Below are positions 9,403 through 22,204 of a stretch of DNA of 64,000 nt, piece after piece. The stretch covers positions 480,001 to 544,000 of the forward strand of contig CAVSTP010000002.1 of the NCBI GenBank assembly GCA_963730935.1, given 5' to 3'. Position 1 is the stretch's first letter. Every line of letters starts with the position of its first letter. Below the pieces are notes generated by a model that was not told the DNA's origin, searched no databases, and was given only the letters and a program-made list of their open reading frames with translations. Source of the stretch: an uncultured Nitrospiraceae bacterium (GTDB lineage: Bacteria > Nitrospirota > Nitrospiria > Nitrospirales > Nitrospiraceae). The position numbers were made by a program, and so were the translations under genes.

Positions 9403-10182
9403 ATGTTGCTGAGTGGGAAAAAAGGATTGATCGTTGGCGTGGCCAACAAGCACAGTATCGCCTGGGCCATCGCTCAATCCGCCGCCGGCCAGGGAGCACA
9501 GCTCTTTTTCAACTATCAGAACGACCGCCTCAAAGAGAACGTCGAAGAATTAGTCGCCACCCTCCCAGGCTCCAAAGCGTTCCCCTGCGATGCAGGAGAT
9601 GATGCCCAGATCGATTCGTTGATGAACCACGTCGGAAAGGAAGCCGGCAAGCTCGATTTCCTGATTCATTCCATTGCCTTTGCGCCGCGTGAAGAACTCA
9701 CGGGACAGTTTGTCAACACGACACGCAACGGTTTCGCCACAGCGCTCGATGTCAGCGCCTATTCGCTCGTCGCGCTGACGCGCGCGGCCCTGCCGCTGAT
9801 GACGGAGGGCGGATCCGTCGTGACGCTGACGTATCTTGGCGCGGAACGAGTCGTGCCCCACTACAACGTCATGGGTGTCGCAAAGGCCGCGCTCGAAGCC
9901 ACCGTTCGCTATCTCGCCCATGATCTGGGGCCTCGGAACATCCGCGTGAACGCGATTTCGGCGGGTCCCATCAAGACCCTGGCCGCCCGCGGCGTCTCGG
10001 GCATCAGCAAAATGGTCGATCATCATAAAGAATTTGCCCCGCTACGCCGGGCCACGGAGCAGGGAGAAGTCGGCGACACGGCGCTGTTCCTGGTTAGTCC
10101 GCTTGGACGGGGAATTACGGGCGAAGTGATTTACGTCGATGGCGGATACAATATCCTGGGATCGCTCGCTTCGGTGGAGTAG
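9403..10182 (+). CDS. fabI: enoyl-ACP reductase
   Basis: GVANKHSIAWAIA, HSIAFAP, YNVMGVAKAALE, NAISAGPIKTLA. Confidence 0.97.
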   Translation: MLLSGKKGLIVGVANKHSIAWAIAQSAAGQGAQLFFNYQNDRLKENVEELVATLPGSKAFPCDAGDDAQIDSLMNHVGKEAGKLDFLIHSIAFAPREELTGQFVNTTRNGFATALDVSAYSLVALTRAALPLMTEGGSVVTLTYLGAERVVPHYNVMGVAKAALEATVRYLAHDLGPRNIRVNAISAGPIKTLAARGVSGISKMVDHHKEFAPLRRATEQGEVGDTALFLVSPLGRGITGEVIYVDGGYNILGSLASVE

Positions 10183-10245
10183 ACACGACCACGTCTCTTC
10201 GGCGCCGCTCCGAAAATCAGCAACCGGATCGAGGCCCTGCCACAG

Positions 10246-10656
10246 TTATTCGATCGATCGCCTCAACGCCTTCAATCGACCCGCCTTCTTTTTCGATTCC
10301 AGTCTCCGCGTCCGCGAACCTCTCGTAGGAACTGTAGGCCTGCGCGGTTTTCGAGGAACCGCCACGCTCTGAATGAGCGTGCGCAGCCGTGCAATGGCGT
10401 CATCACGATTCTGGTCCTGGCTCCGGGATTGCTGTGCCTTGATCGTCAGGACTCCCGCTTCAGAGATGCGGTGGTCGCGCAGCTTGAGCAGCCGTTCCTT
10501 GTACGGCGCCGGCAAGGACGAGGCGGCGATGTCGAACCGCAAGTGAACAGCCGATGAGACCTTGTTGACATGTTGGCCGCCTGCGCCTTGAGCTCGGACG
10601 GCGTGGATTTCGATTTCTGTATCAGGAATCGTAATGTGGGATGAAAGCTGCAGCAT
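10246..10656 (-). CDS. arfB: alternative ribosome rescue aminoacyl-tRNA hydrolase
   Basis: GAGGQHVNKVSSAV GGQ motif, RSQDQNR, basic C-terminal tail. Confidence 0.95.
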   Translation of the reverse strand: MLQLSSHITIPDTEIEIHAVRAQGAGGQHVNKVSSAVHLRFDIAASSLPAPYKERLLKLRDHRISEAGVLTIKAQQSRSQDQNRDDAIARLRTLIQSVAVPRKPRRPTVPTRGSRTRRLESKKKAGRLKALRRSIE

Positions 10657-10775
10657 GCGGCGCAATACCGTGTCCAAGAGACATTGTTTCACAGACGCAT
10701 CGACACGGACAAGCGTGGCCGTGCCGTCAACACCTTCACCGTGCAAGCCGTGAACAAGTGAAATTGGACGAGGAG

Positions 10776-11000
10776 CTAGCGCAGTTCCGGCAGACGGTCG
10801 ATAATGCGGAGCCGAACTTCGTCGCCAACCTGCATCTGCACCATTTTAGTCGCGAGACTAGCGCGCACACGCTGGGCATCCTCCAGCTTGAACTGCACCT
10901 GGCCTCCGCAACGCTCGACAAGGTGAAAGAGCAGCATCGTGGTGAGCCGGTGGAGTTCCTCGTCGGTGGTGTGCTGGCTCATGTTGAGGATCTGGGACAT
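10776..11000 (-). CDS. hypothetical protein
   Basis: MSQILNMSQHTTDEELHR...; purine-rich RBS AGAAAGGG. Confidence 0.7.
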   Translation of the reverse strand: MSQILNMSQHTTDEELHRLTTMLLFHLVERCGGQVQFKLEDAQRVRASLATKMVQMQVGDEVRLRIIDRLPELR

Positions 11001-11121
11001 GCGAGCAGCCCTTTCTTGGTGAGACTGTGACACACACCTTATGGCTGAAGACGAGTCCCACCCACAATGCCCCGAAAGAAGGGGGCCGCGCCATCGCGAA
11101 AAATCCTTACGATACAGTATC

Positions 11122-12447
11122 TTAGGAGGAGTTGCCCGCCAGTACGCGGATCTCATTGAGGACGGTCTCGATCTCGGCTTCTGAGTTCAGGAGACCCGGC
11201 GCCACTCGCGCGTACTGCGTGGCATATGGCGTCACGCTGGCCACGATGCCCTTGCGACGCAACTCGGTAACGACCTGGTCCGGTGACATACCCGCGACTT
11301 CAAAACATACGATGCCGGCAGACAGATCGTGCGACAAAGGGGTGTGGAGCGTAATCCGGCGCATGGCCGCCAGTCCTTGCTTGAGCTGATCGTTCAAATC
11401 CTGAATCCTCCTTGTCACGCGGGACTTCCCCAAAGCCTGGTGAAATTGGAAGGCTTGATCCAGCGCCCACCGGTGTTCAAAGGAATGGAAACCTCCCGGA
11501 GTCATGTAGACGGCGGGAGGGAGCGGCCGCGGCGGGATGACTTTCATCCACATGTCGTACGCGTCTGAATCGAAGGTCGGAATGATGGCCTTGGCGAGCG
11601 GCCAGGCTCGAGGATGTCCCCATACCAACCCCGTTCCCCTCGGACCGAACATCCATTTGTGCGTCCCGGCGATCAGAAAATCGCAGCCCACTTCGCTTAG
11701 ACGGAAATCCTCCATCCCCAGGGCGTGAACTCCATCGACGCACAAGATGATCCGGTCCTTCTCGGCTCTCGACGCATTGAGTCGCTGCATGGCCCGAGCC
11801 ATTTCGGCAATGGGGAGCTTCAGTCCCGTGCTGGAATGCACCCAGGTGACCGCCACGATCTTTGTCCGAGGTCGTACTGCCTTGACGAGCGTCTCCACCA
11901 GACTCTCTTGAGTGACTCTGCGCAGATCTTCATACAGCGGGATACGACGCAGCGTGGCGCCCGTGCGTTCGGCCCTGAGCCGCAGTGAGGTTTCCGTCGA
12001 ATAGTGGTCGTGGGTCGTCGTCAAGATTTCGTGGTGTCGGTTGAGGGCCAGGCCTCCGTAGAGCAGCCCCAATCCCATGGTCGTGCTGTCTGTCAAGGCA
12101 ATCTCAGTGGGATCGACCGCAAGGTAGGCTGCCGCAGCATGAAGCACGGCGGCCTCCTGTTTTTTTTCATGGGCGAACCAATAGCCGATCGGATCGGCGT
12201 CCAATCCCGCCCGGTGTCGTTCGATGGCCTCACGTACCGGCGTCGGGTGGGAGGCGAGAAAAAAGCCTGCGAGGTGGATCAGATCGCGCGAGAGGAGAAA
12301 TTGATCGCGCACCGCCTGCCACTCTGGAGGATTTGCCGGCTCAAGAGAAGAGGCTCTCGAGAGCGGGAAGCTCTCAGATGACAGAAGCGCAGCGCTTAAT
12401 GCGAGGCCGGAGCGGACAAGAAACCCTCGGCGATCGATCACGTGCAT
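11122..12447 (-). CDS. Tat-exported class V PLP-dependent aminotransferase, PvdN-like
   Basis: Tat motif DRRGFL; DGVH, GTHKW (PLP Lys), SHPTPVREAIERHR, TPGGFHSFEHRWAL. Confidence 0.85.
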   Translation of the reverse strand: MHVIDRRGFLVRSGLALSAALLSSESFPLSRASSLEPANPPEWQAVRDQFLLSRDLIHLAGFFLASHPTPVREAIERHRAGLDADPIGYWFAHEKKQEAAVLHAAAAYLAVDPTEIALTDSTTMGLGLLYGGLALNRHHEILTTTHDHYSTETSLRLRAERTGATLRRIPLYEDLRRVTQESLVETLVKAVRPRTKIVAVTWVHSSTGLKLPIAEMARAMQRLNASRAEKDRIILCVDGVHALGMEDFRLSEVGCDFLIAGTHKWMFGPRGTGLVWGHPRAWPLAKAIIPTFDSDAYDMWMKVIPPRPLPPAVYMTPGGFHSFEHRWALDQAFQFHQALGKSRVTRRIQDLNDQLKQGLAAMRRITLHTPLSHDLSAGIVCFEVAGMSPDQVVTELRRKGIVASVTPYATQYARVAPGLLNSEAEIETVLNEIRVLAGNSS

Positions 12448-12510
12448 GCATACAACTCCATGGCGTGATTCGTACTCTACCGCCGGGAACGATGCGCGGC
12501 AAGAGACGGG

Positions 12511-15399
<2,889 letters not shown>

Positions 15400-15592
15400 G
15401 AGAGGTGATAGGCTCTGATTCGGCGTCGATGCACGTATAATTGGAAGATTATCATGCCCAACCCCACTTCTCCAAGCGGAGATGTCGGTCGGTCGGCATC
15501 CCCATTGGGGGGGTAGATGCTCCAGGTATCCCCCAGATCGCCCCCGGGTCCGGCCGCTCCGTTCGTCCACTGGAAATGGCCGGCAGCAGGTT

Positions 15593-15601
15593 TGCTATAA
15601 T
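15593..15601 (+). promoter_or_regulatory. extended -10 promoter of the response regulator
   Basis: TGCTATAAT, 22 bp upstream of the ATG at 15624. Confidence 0.5.
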
Positions 15602-15623
15602 CCATAATTCTCTATTGGCCGTC

Positions 15624-16295
15624 ATGCGCATCCTCGTCATCGAAGATGAAACCAAAGTCGGTTGCTTCATCAAGCGCGCGCTTGAAGAGGAAAGTTACGC
15701 GGTCGACTTGTGCGAAGACGGGGCCAAGGGTCTGGAGATGGCGCTGACGACCAATTATGACTCGATCATCGTGGATCTCATGCTCCCGTCGCTGTCGGGG
15801 CTCGACATCGTCAAAGGCATCCGCCGCGAACGCATCCAGACGCCGATCCTCATTTTGACCGCGCAATCCCAGGTCGATCAGCGCGTCAAAGGCCTCGACG
15901 CCGGCGCCGATGACTATCTCACCAAGCCGTTTGCCATCGATGAGCTCTTGGCCCGCGTGCGGGCGCTCCTGCGCCGGGGAGCCACCGACAGCCCCGGCAT
16001 CTTACAGATCGACGACCTCGTGCTGAATCCGGCCACGCGTGAGGTGACGCGTGGAGGACAGCGCATTGAGTTGACCTTGAAGGAGTACGCGCTGCTGGAA
16101 TATCTCATGCGCCATACGGGCCGCGTCCTTACTCGCCCTATGATCTCCGAGCACGTGTGGAACCAGGATTTTGACACCTTCACGAACGTCATCGACGTCT
16201 ACGTCAACTACCTCCGCAACAAGGTCGACCGCGGGCGCACCAAAAAGCTGATCCATACCATTCGTGGCAGTGGGTACATGCTGAAGGCCGACTAG
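15624..16295 (+). CDS. OmpR/PhoB-family response regulator
   Basis: MRILVIEDE, VDLMLP, GADDYLTKPF, winged helix VIDVYVNYLRNKVD...TIRGSGY. Confidence 0.96.
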   Translation: MRILVIEDETKVGCFIKRALEEESYAVDLCEDGAKGLEMALTTNYDSIIVDLMLPSLSGLDIVKGIRRERIQTPILILTAQSQVDQRVKGLDAGADDYLTKPFAIDELLARVRALLRRGATDSPGILQIDDLVLNPATREVTRGGQRIELTLKEYALLEYLMRHTGRVLTRPMISEHVWNQDFDTFTNVIDVYVNYLRNKVDRGRTKKLIHTIRGSGYMLKAD

Positions 16296-16321
16296 GCGAT
16301 GGCCTGCACAGGAGACGACTG

Positions 16322-17725
16322 ATGCCGCTGCGCCTTCGACTCAGTCTCTGGTACGGCAGCGCCCTCGCCTTGATTCTGGTGGCCTTCTCGACCGTCCTGT
16401 ACTTTGTCACAGCTCGAAGCCTTCGAGACGCGCTCGATCAATCGCTCGAAGAAACCGCCGCCGCTGCCGTGCGCTCGCTCGAAGAACGCGGGTTCCTTCC
16501 GCTGATCGACGAAGAAGAGCTCATGTCGCAATTCCCTGAATTGGCGCGCATCGACAAGTTCTTCCAGATCTTCAGTCCGTCCGGGACCATTACCATCCGC
16601 TCCCCCAACGTCAAACAGCACGAATTGCCGCTCAGCCGCCGTGCCCTTGAGGTGGCGTTCAGCGGACAGACGATTTATGAATCGGCCAAGTATCCCAAGG
16701 AACCTCCGCTCCGGCTGATCTCAGTCCCGATCATTTATCGCGGCAACCTGCTCTACATCATCCAGGTCGGCACGTCGATGGAGTCGGTCGACCAGACCTT
16801 GAATCGACTGCTGCTGGTGCTCCTGGTGACCATGCCGCTCGCGCTGGCTGTGTCGCTGGCCGGAGGTTGGTTTCTCGCCGGCCGCGCGCTCCGCCCCGTC
16901 GATGCCATTACGCTTGCTGCCCAGCGGATCGCGGCTGGAGATCTCACGCAGCGGCTAAACGTGCCAACCTCCGCCGATGAAATCGGACGACTCGCCGGCA
17001 CGTTCAACAACATGATCGCCAGGCTCGAAACCTCATTCCGGCAGATTCGTCAGTTCAGCAGCGACGCTTCGCACGAGTTGCGCACACCGCTGACCGTCAT
17101 GAAGGGCGAGACCGAGCTGGCCCTGCGGCGGCCCCGCGAAGCGCGGGACTATACGGTGGTTCTCGAGAGCAACCTGGAGGAAATCGACCGCATGACCCGC
17201 ATCGTCGACGAATTGCTCTTTTTGTCCCGCGCGGACATGGGGGAGGTCAAGACAGAGCGCCTGCCGGTAAAACTCGAGTCACTGCTGGAAGACATCCACC
17301 GGCAGGCGTCCCTACTCGGCCAGGAACGCAATGTCCAAGTCGTGCTGGGACTCGTCATGCCGGCCGTTGTGTTGGGCGACGAATTGCGCTTGCGCGAGCT
17401 ATTTTTGAACCTCGTGGATAACGCCGTCAAATATTCACATCCCAGCGGAACGGTGGACATTTCCCTGATCACGCAAGGCAATCAGGCCAAGTTCATCATT
17501 GCGGATCAGGGCATCGGCATTTCGCGCGAAGAGCAACAACACATCTTCGACCGGTTCTACCGCACCGACGACGCGAGGACCCATACGAAGAAAGGCACGG
17601 GATTGGGCCTCGCCATCTGCGCTTGGATTGCAGACTCCCACCATGGCCGCATCGAGGTACAGAGCGAGCCGAATAAGGGTTCGACCTTTACCGTCCTGCT
17701 GCCGTTGGCTCCGCCATCCTCTTAG
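16322..17725 (+). CDS. HAMP-domain sensor histidine kinase
   Basis: Two TM helices, HAMP domain, SHELRTPL H-box, NLVDNAVKY, GTGLGL. Confidence 0.96.
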   Translation: MPLRLRLSLWYGSALALILVAFSTVLYFVTARSLRDALDQSLEETAAAAVRSLEERGFLPLIDEEELMSQFPELARIDKFFQIFSPSGTITIRSPNVKQHELPLSRRALEVAFSGQTIYESAKYPKEPPLRLISVPIIYRGNLLYIIQVGTSMESVDQTLNRLLLVLLVTMPLALAVSLAGGWFLAGRALRPVDAITLAAQRIAAGDLTQRLNVPTSADEIGRLAGTFNNMIARLETSFRQIRQFSSDASHELRTPLTVMKGETELALRRPREARDYTVVLESNLEEIDRMTRIVDELLFLSRADMGEVKTERLPVKLESLLEDIHRQASLLGQERNVQVVLGLVMPAVVLGDELRLRELFLNLVDNAVKYSHPSGTVDISLITQGNQAKFIIADQGIGISREEQQHIFDRFYRTDDARTHTKKGTGLGLAICAWIADSHHGRIEVQSEPNKGSTFTVLLPLAPPSS

Positions 17726-17730
17726 CGACT

Positions 17731-17758
17731 TCTAATACCTTCCTAATCGATCTCTCAT
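17731..17758 (+). promoter_or_regulatory. putative OmpR-family binding site (three direct repeats, 11-bp period) upstream of degP
   Basis: TCTAAT(17731), CCTAAT(17742), TCTCAT(17753). Confidence 0.55.
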
Positions 17759-17841
17759 TGCCGGGTGTTACCGTCCTCGAGTATGGATTTTTCAGACGAG
17801 AACCGTCGGCAAGTCCCATTCTCCATCAACAAGGAGGTCGT

Positions 17842-19353
17842 ATGAGTCAGTTGGTTCGGAAAACGCTCGGCATCACGACCAGTATGGCCGTGCTGGTCAC
17901 AGTTTTCTTTGTCGGCAGTCAATCCTTCGCTCCATTTCCCGCCACAGAGTCGACGGCAGCGACTGCGACGGTTTCCGCGCCCGTAGGGACGCTTCCGGCG
18001 AACGGCTTCACGGATGTCGCGAAAGCGGTGACTCCAGCCGTCGTCAACATCACGACGGTCATCGGCGAAAAGATTTCTGGCAGGGGCGGTGAAAGCGAAT
18101 TGCGGGACCGCATGGAAGAGTTCTTCGGAGGGCCTAATGGTCCGCTCGGACCGAAATTCCGTGGCCCCCAAGGTCCGATGGAGCCGCGCGGCCCGCGTGG
18201 ATTTCACGGAGGCGGGCAAGGCTCCGGCGTCATCGTGTCGCCGGACGGTCATGTGCTCACCAACAATCACGTGATCGACGGCGCTCGTGAAGTGACGGTC
18301 ACGCTCCCCGACAAACGGGAATTTCAAGGGAAGATCGTGGGCACGGATCCGAAAACCGATTTGGCCGTGGTCAAGATCGACGGGAAGAATCTTCCCACCG
18401 TCCCCTGGGGAGACGCCTCAAAGCTGCAGGTCGGGGAATATGTCCTCGCGGTCGGCAATCCGTTCGGCTTGAATTCAACGGTGACGCTCGGCATCGTCAG
18501 CGCGCTGGGCCGTGGACGCATGGGCATCACCCAGTACGAGGATTTCATTCAGACCGATGCCGCCATCAATCCCGGCAACTCCGGCGGCGCCTTGGTGAAC
18601 ACCAAGGGCGAGCTCGTCGGGATCAACACCGCGATCTTTTCGCAAAACGGCGGCTATCAGGGCGTCGGCTTCGCCGTGCCGACCAGCATGGGCCAGCCGA
18701 TCTACGACAGTTTGGTGAAGCATGGCAAAGTCGTCCGTGGATATCTGGGCATCGGCATCCAGGACCTCAATCAGGATCTCGCGAAGTCCTTCGGTGTAAC
18801 CAACGGGAAGGGCGCCTTGGTCACTGACGTGAAGGAAGACAGCCCGGCCGATCACGCCGGGCTGCAACAGGGCGACGTCATCGTATCCTATCAAGCGTCT
18901 CCGGTGGAGGATGCGGTCGCGCTACAGCGCTTGGTGACCAAAACCATCGTCGGTTCCAAGGTGCCGATGAAGGTCCTGCGCGACGGCCATGAGAAGGATC
19001 TAAACGTCACGATCGCCGAACAGCCTGGTGACCCGAAGATTGCCAAGGCCGAAGGCGATGAGAAGGAGTACGCGTTTGCGGGAGTAGCTGTCCAGGACCT
19101 CGACCGTGACACCGCGAAAGAGCTGGGACTCAAGGGGAAGGCTCAGGGCGTCGTGGTCACGAGCGTCGAACCGGATAGCGGCGCCGACAAAGCCGGGTTG
19201 ATTCCCGGAGACGTGATCCGGGAGATCAATCGGCAGCCGGTAAAATCGGTGAAAGAGTTCGAAAAAGTCTCGTCGGGAGTGAAGAAAGGAGAGAACGTGC
19301 TGATTTTGATCAACCGCCGTGGTGCATCGTTATTCTTGAGCGCCAAGGTCTAA
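17842..19353 (+). CDS. degP: DegP/HtrA serine protease with two PDZ domains
   Basis: LTNNHV, TDLAV, QTDAAINPGNSGG; RBS AGGAGG. Confidence 0.95.
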   Translation: MSQLVRKTLGITTSMAVLVTVFFVGSQSFAPFPATESTAATATVSAPVGTLPANGFTDVAKAVTPAVVNITTVIGEKISGRGGESELRDRMEEFFGGPNGPLGPKFRGPQGPMEPRGPRGFHGGGQGSGVIVSPDGHVLTNNHVIDGAREVTVTLPDKREFQGKIVGTDPKTDLAVVKIDGKNLPTVPWGDASKLQVGEYVLAVGNPFGLNSTVTLGIVSALGRGRMGITQYEDFIQTDAAINPGNSGGALVNTKGELVGINTAIFSQNGGYQGVGFAVPTSMGQPIYDSLVKHGKVVRGYLGIGIQDLNQDLAKSFGVTNGKGALVTDVKEDSPADHAGLQQGDVIVSYQASPVEDAVALQRLVTKTIVGSKVPMKVLRDGHEKDLNVTIAEQPGDPKIAKAEGDEKEYAFAGVAVQDLDRDTAKELGLKGKAQGVVVTSVEPDSGADKAGLIPGDVIREINRQPVKSVKEFEKVSSGVKKGENVLILINRRGASLFLSAKV

Positions 19354-19377
19354 GCTGCAGTGTCGCGAGGGGGTTGT

Positions 19378-20853
19378 CTAACGATAGCCCCCTCGCGGGA
19401 CTCGCCCGCCGGGCGTTTGGAGGCCGGATGCTGAAGCTTCTCCCAGGAGATGCCCAGTCAGATCATATGTCGTCGCGTCGGTAATCCGGACCTTCACACA
19501 GGCCCCAGGGCTAGGAACGCTCGGGCTGTCTGAGCCGTTGATGTAAACCACCCCGTCGATCTCGGGTGCCAGTCCCTCGTGCCGGCCCTCCAGCCAGTGA
19601 CCGTCCTCCTCAGCAGGCCCGTCCACCATCACCTCGAGCGTCGAGCCGATGCGTTCGACATTTTTTGCCGCAGCGATCGTCTCCTGAACGGCCAGCAGCT
19701 CATTGCGACGCTCCTCCATCAGGGAACGGTCGATCTTTTCGTTGAGCTCGGTGGCCGGAGTGCCTTCCTCGTCCGAGTACAAAAATGCCGCAACGCGATC
19801 GAACTCCGCCTGCTCCACGTAGCGTTTCAATTCCTCGAACGCTTCATCGGTTTCACCGGGAAACCCCACAATGAATGCGGTACGGAATATCACGCCGGGA
19901 ATCCGGGACCTGATACGCTCCACCAGCGTTTCGATGGTACGCCGGTCGCCCAAGCGGTGCATGCGCTTGAGCATGAGGCTGTTGATGTGCTGAAGCGGCA
20001 TATCGATGTACTTCGCAATCCGCTCTTCCCCCGCGTAAAGGTCCAGAAGCTCGTCCGTCACTTGCTGCGGATACAGATAAAAGGGCCTAATCCAGCGCGG
20101 GCCGTTCACCTTCACAAGTTCCCTCAGCAAAGACACGAGGCCCTGACGGAGGCCGAGATCGACGCCGTAATTCACAGTGTCCTGCGAGATGAGATTGATC
20201 TCTTTGACGCCTTCTCCGGCCAATTGCCGCACTTCCGCCACAATGGACTCGACCGGCCGGCTTCGTTGCTTGCCGCGCATCAGGGGGATGGCGCAGAAGG
20301 CGCAGTTGCGGTTACATCCCTCGGCAATCTTCACATAGGCACTATGCGGTGTCCCGAGACGAAGGCGAGGCGCCATCTCATCGTACAGGTAGGGAGGCTG
20401 ACTGATCCATAACTGTTGACGCCGGGACTTTGGCGCGAGGAGGTCGCGGCAGATGACGGCAATCTTCCCGAACTCGCCTGTGCCGACGACACCGTCGAGT
20501 TCGGGAAGCTCTTTGAGCAAATCGCCTTGGTAGCGCTGTGCCAGGCAGCCGGCGGCAATCAGCACCCGGCAGGCACCCGATTGCTTGAGCTTCGCGTGGT
20601 CCAGGATCGTGTTGATGGACTCCTGCTTGGCCTCTTCAATGAACCCGCAAGTATTGATAATGACGACCTCGGCCTGTTTCGGATTGCCGGTCAGCTCGAA
20701 TCCGTCGGCAGCAAGCGTGCCCAACATGATTTCGGAATCGACCTGATTCTTCGTGCAACCGAGATTGACGAAGCCCACCGTCGTCTTTTTCCCGGACCCA
20801 GACGGCGAGGCAGCCTTTTTCTGGCGGCCCAGTTTAATAAGCGCTTGACTCAT
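19378..20853 (-). CDS. rimO: ribosomal protein S12 methylthiotransferase
   Basis: LGCTKNQVDSE, NTCGFIEEAKQES, CNRNCAFC, APEIDG TRAM domain. Confidence 0.95.
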   Translation of the reverse strand: MSQALIKLGRQKKAASPSGSGKKTTVGFVNLGCTKNQVDSEIMLGTLAADGFELTGNPKQAEVVIINTCGFIEEAKQESINTILDHAKLKQSGACRVLIAAGCLAQRYQGDLLKELPELDGVVGTGEFGKIAVICRDLLAPKSRRQQLWISQPPYLYDEMAPRLRLGTPHSAYVKIAEGCNRNCAFCAIPLMRGKQRSRPVESIVAEVRQLAGEGVKEINLISQDTVNYGVDLGLRQGLVSLLRELVKVNGPRWIRPFYLYPQQVTDELLDLYAGEERIAKYIDMPLQHINSLMLKRMHRLGDRRTIETLVERIRSRIPGVIFRTAFIVGFPGETDEAFEELKRYVEQAEFDRVAAFLYSDEEGTPATELNEKIDRSLMEERRNELLAVQETIAAAKNVERIGSTLEVMVDGPAEEDGHWLEGRHEGLAPEIDGVVYINGSDSPSVPSPGACVKVRITDATTYDLTGHLLGEASASGLQTPGGRVPRGGYR

Positions 20854-20938
20854 AAGTCAGTCAGTCTACGAGAGGCCCCAAAAGACTGTCAACGAGCCCC
20901 CTTGCAGGCAAGAGGCCGATTCCCCTATCGTGCGGACG

Positions 20939-21478
20939 ATGATTAGGACGTTTCAAGGGATCAGACCCACCATTCCAAGGTCCTGCTTTATCGAGGACAC
21001 CGGGATCGTGATCGGTGACGTCGTCATGGGCGAGCAGTGCAGCGTTTGGTTTCACGCCGTGATTCGGGGGGATGTGCATTACATCCGCCTTGGCGACCGG
21101 ACCAATGTCCAGGATCTCTGCATGTTGCATGTGACGCACGATACCCATCCCTTGATCATCGGCAGCGACGTCACGATCGGCCACCACGTGGTGCTGCACG
21201 GCTGCACCATCAAAGACCGCGTGCTGATCGGCATGGGCACCATCATCATGGACGGCGCCGTGATCGGCGAGGAGTCGGTGGTCGGTGCCGGCGCACTGGT
21301 CACTGAACGTACCATCGTTCCCCCGAGGAGCCTCGTGCTCGGCTCGCCGGCGAAGGTTCGTCGTCCGGTCACCGAAAAGGAGTTGTCATGGATTCGAGAA
21401 TCTTCCGCCAACTATGTGAAGTACGCAAGCCAATACATGGATGATTCGCACAGCCCCAGAACTGGTTTTCACCCCTGA
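20939..21478 (+). CDS. gamma carbonic anhydrase family protein (YrdA-like)
   Basis: Hexapeptide repeats; RGDV, NVQD..LH, GH..LHGC. Confidence 0.93.
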   Translation: MIRTFQGIRPTIPRSCFIEDTGIVIGDVVMGEQCSVWFHAVIRGDVHYIRLGDRTNVQDLCMLHVTHDTHPLIIGSDVTIGHHVVLHGCTIKDRVLIGMGTIIMDGAVIGEESVVGAGALVTERTIVPPRSLVLGSPAKVRRPVTEKELSWIRESSANYVKYASQYMDDSHSPRTGFHP

Positions 21479-21487
21479 TCCCGTTCG

Positions 21488-22204
21488 CTACGCCTTTGCC
21501 CTCCGTCTTGCACCGACCCTGAGCACACAAATAGGATCTCCCACCAACGCCGTTTGAAACTGCTGCCGTTCGACCAGGTAGGGAATGGCCTTCCTGTGGC
21601 ACCAGTCCGCGATCCAGTTGACCTCCTCCACGGAGGTCGTCACGACTGCCGGCAAGCGAAGTTTGGACATGCAGCGATTGACGAGCGACCGTACGATGCG
21701 TCGTTCCCTCACAAAGACGCCAGGATCGAAGGTCAACGGAACAGCGCGGCCATACGACAGCTCCGCGAGATGCGGAAACCGCTCAGGATCGTTCAAGACG
21801 CTCACGATCCACAGATGATCAAAGGACCCGCGAACAGTCCCGGCATCCATCGCATGAAATCGTGGAGGAAGCCCGCGACAGGCCCGATTCAGCGTGGCGA
21901 CTTCGGAGGTGCGCAGATTGCAAGACAGCACGGTTCGATGCAACTCGAGCGACTCGACGAGTAACACCGGCAACTCTGCGACGCCCGCCCCGACGTACAG
22001 ACTGCGACCGCCCGCAGCAAGCCGCGTGAGCAAGACTTCTCCCATGCGCATGCCGAGACGGCGACAGGGCTCTCGTTTCGTCCTCCAGAAAACATCTCCG
22101 CCTTCATAGCAGTAGATACTGGCGAGCCGCCGATAATCGAGGCGCTCAAACACTGCGGCGATCACGCGGCGCGTGGCGGTACTGATTCGTCTTGACCGTC
22201 TCAT
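21488..22204 (-). CDS. hypothetical protein, possibly a Rossmann/methyltransferase-like fold
   Basis: SLYVGAGVAE glycine motif; overlaps the upstream stop codon. Confidence 0.65.
   Translation of the reverse strand: MRRSRRISTATRRVIAAVFERLDYRRLASIYCYEGGDVFWRTKREPCRRLGMRMGEVLLTRLAAGGRSLYVGAGVAELPVLLVESLELHRTVLSCNLRTSEVATLNRACRGLPPRFHAMDAGTVRGSFDHLWIVSVLNDPERFPHLAELSYGRAVPLTFDPGVFVRERRIVRSLVNRCMSKLRLPAVVTTSVEEVNWIADWCHRKAIPYLVERQQFQTALVGDPICVLRVGARRRAKA

Noticed and set aside
15400..15600. Glycine riboswitch upstream of gcvP
   Set aside because: The minus strand lacks the conserved GGAGA...CCGAAG...CTCAGG aptamer words. gcvT has only a 21-bp intergenic gap.
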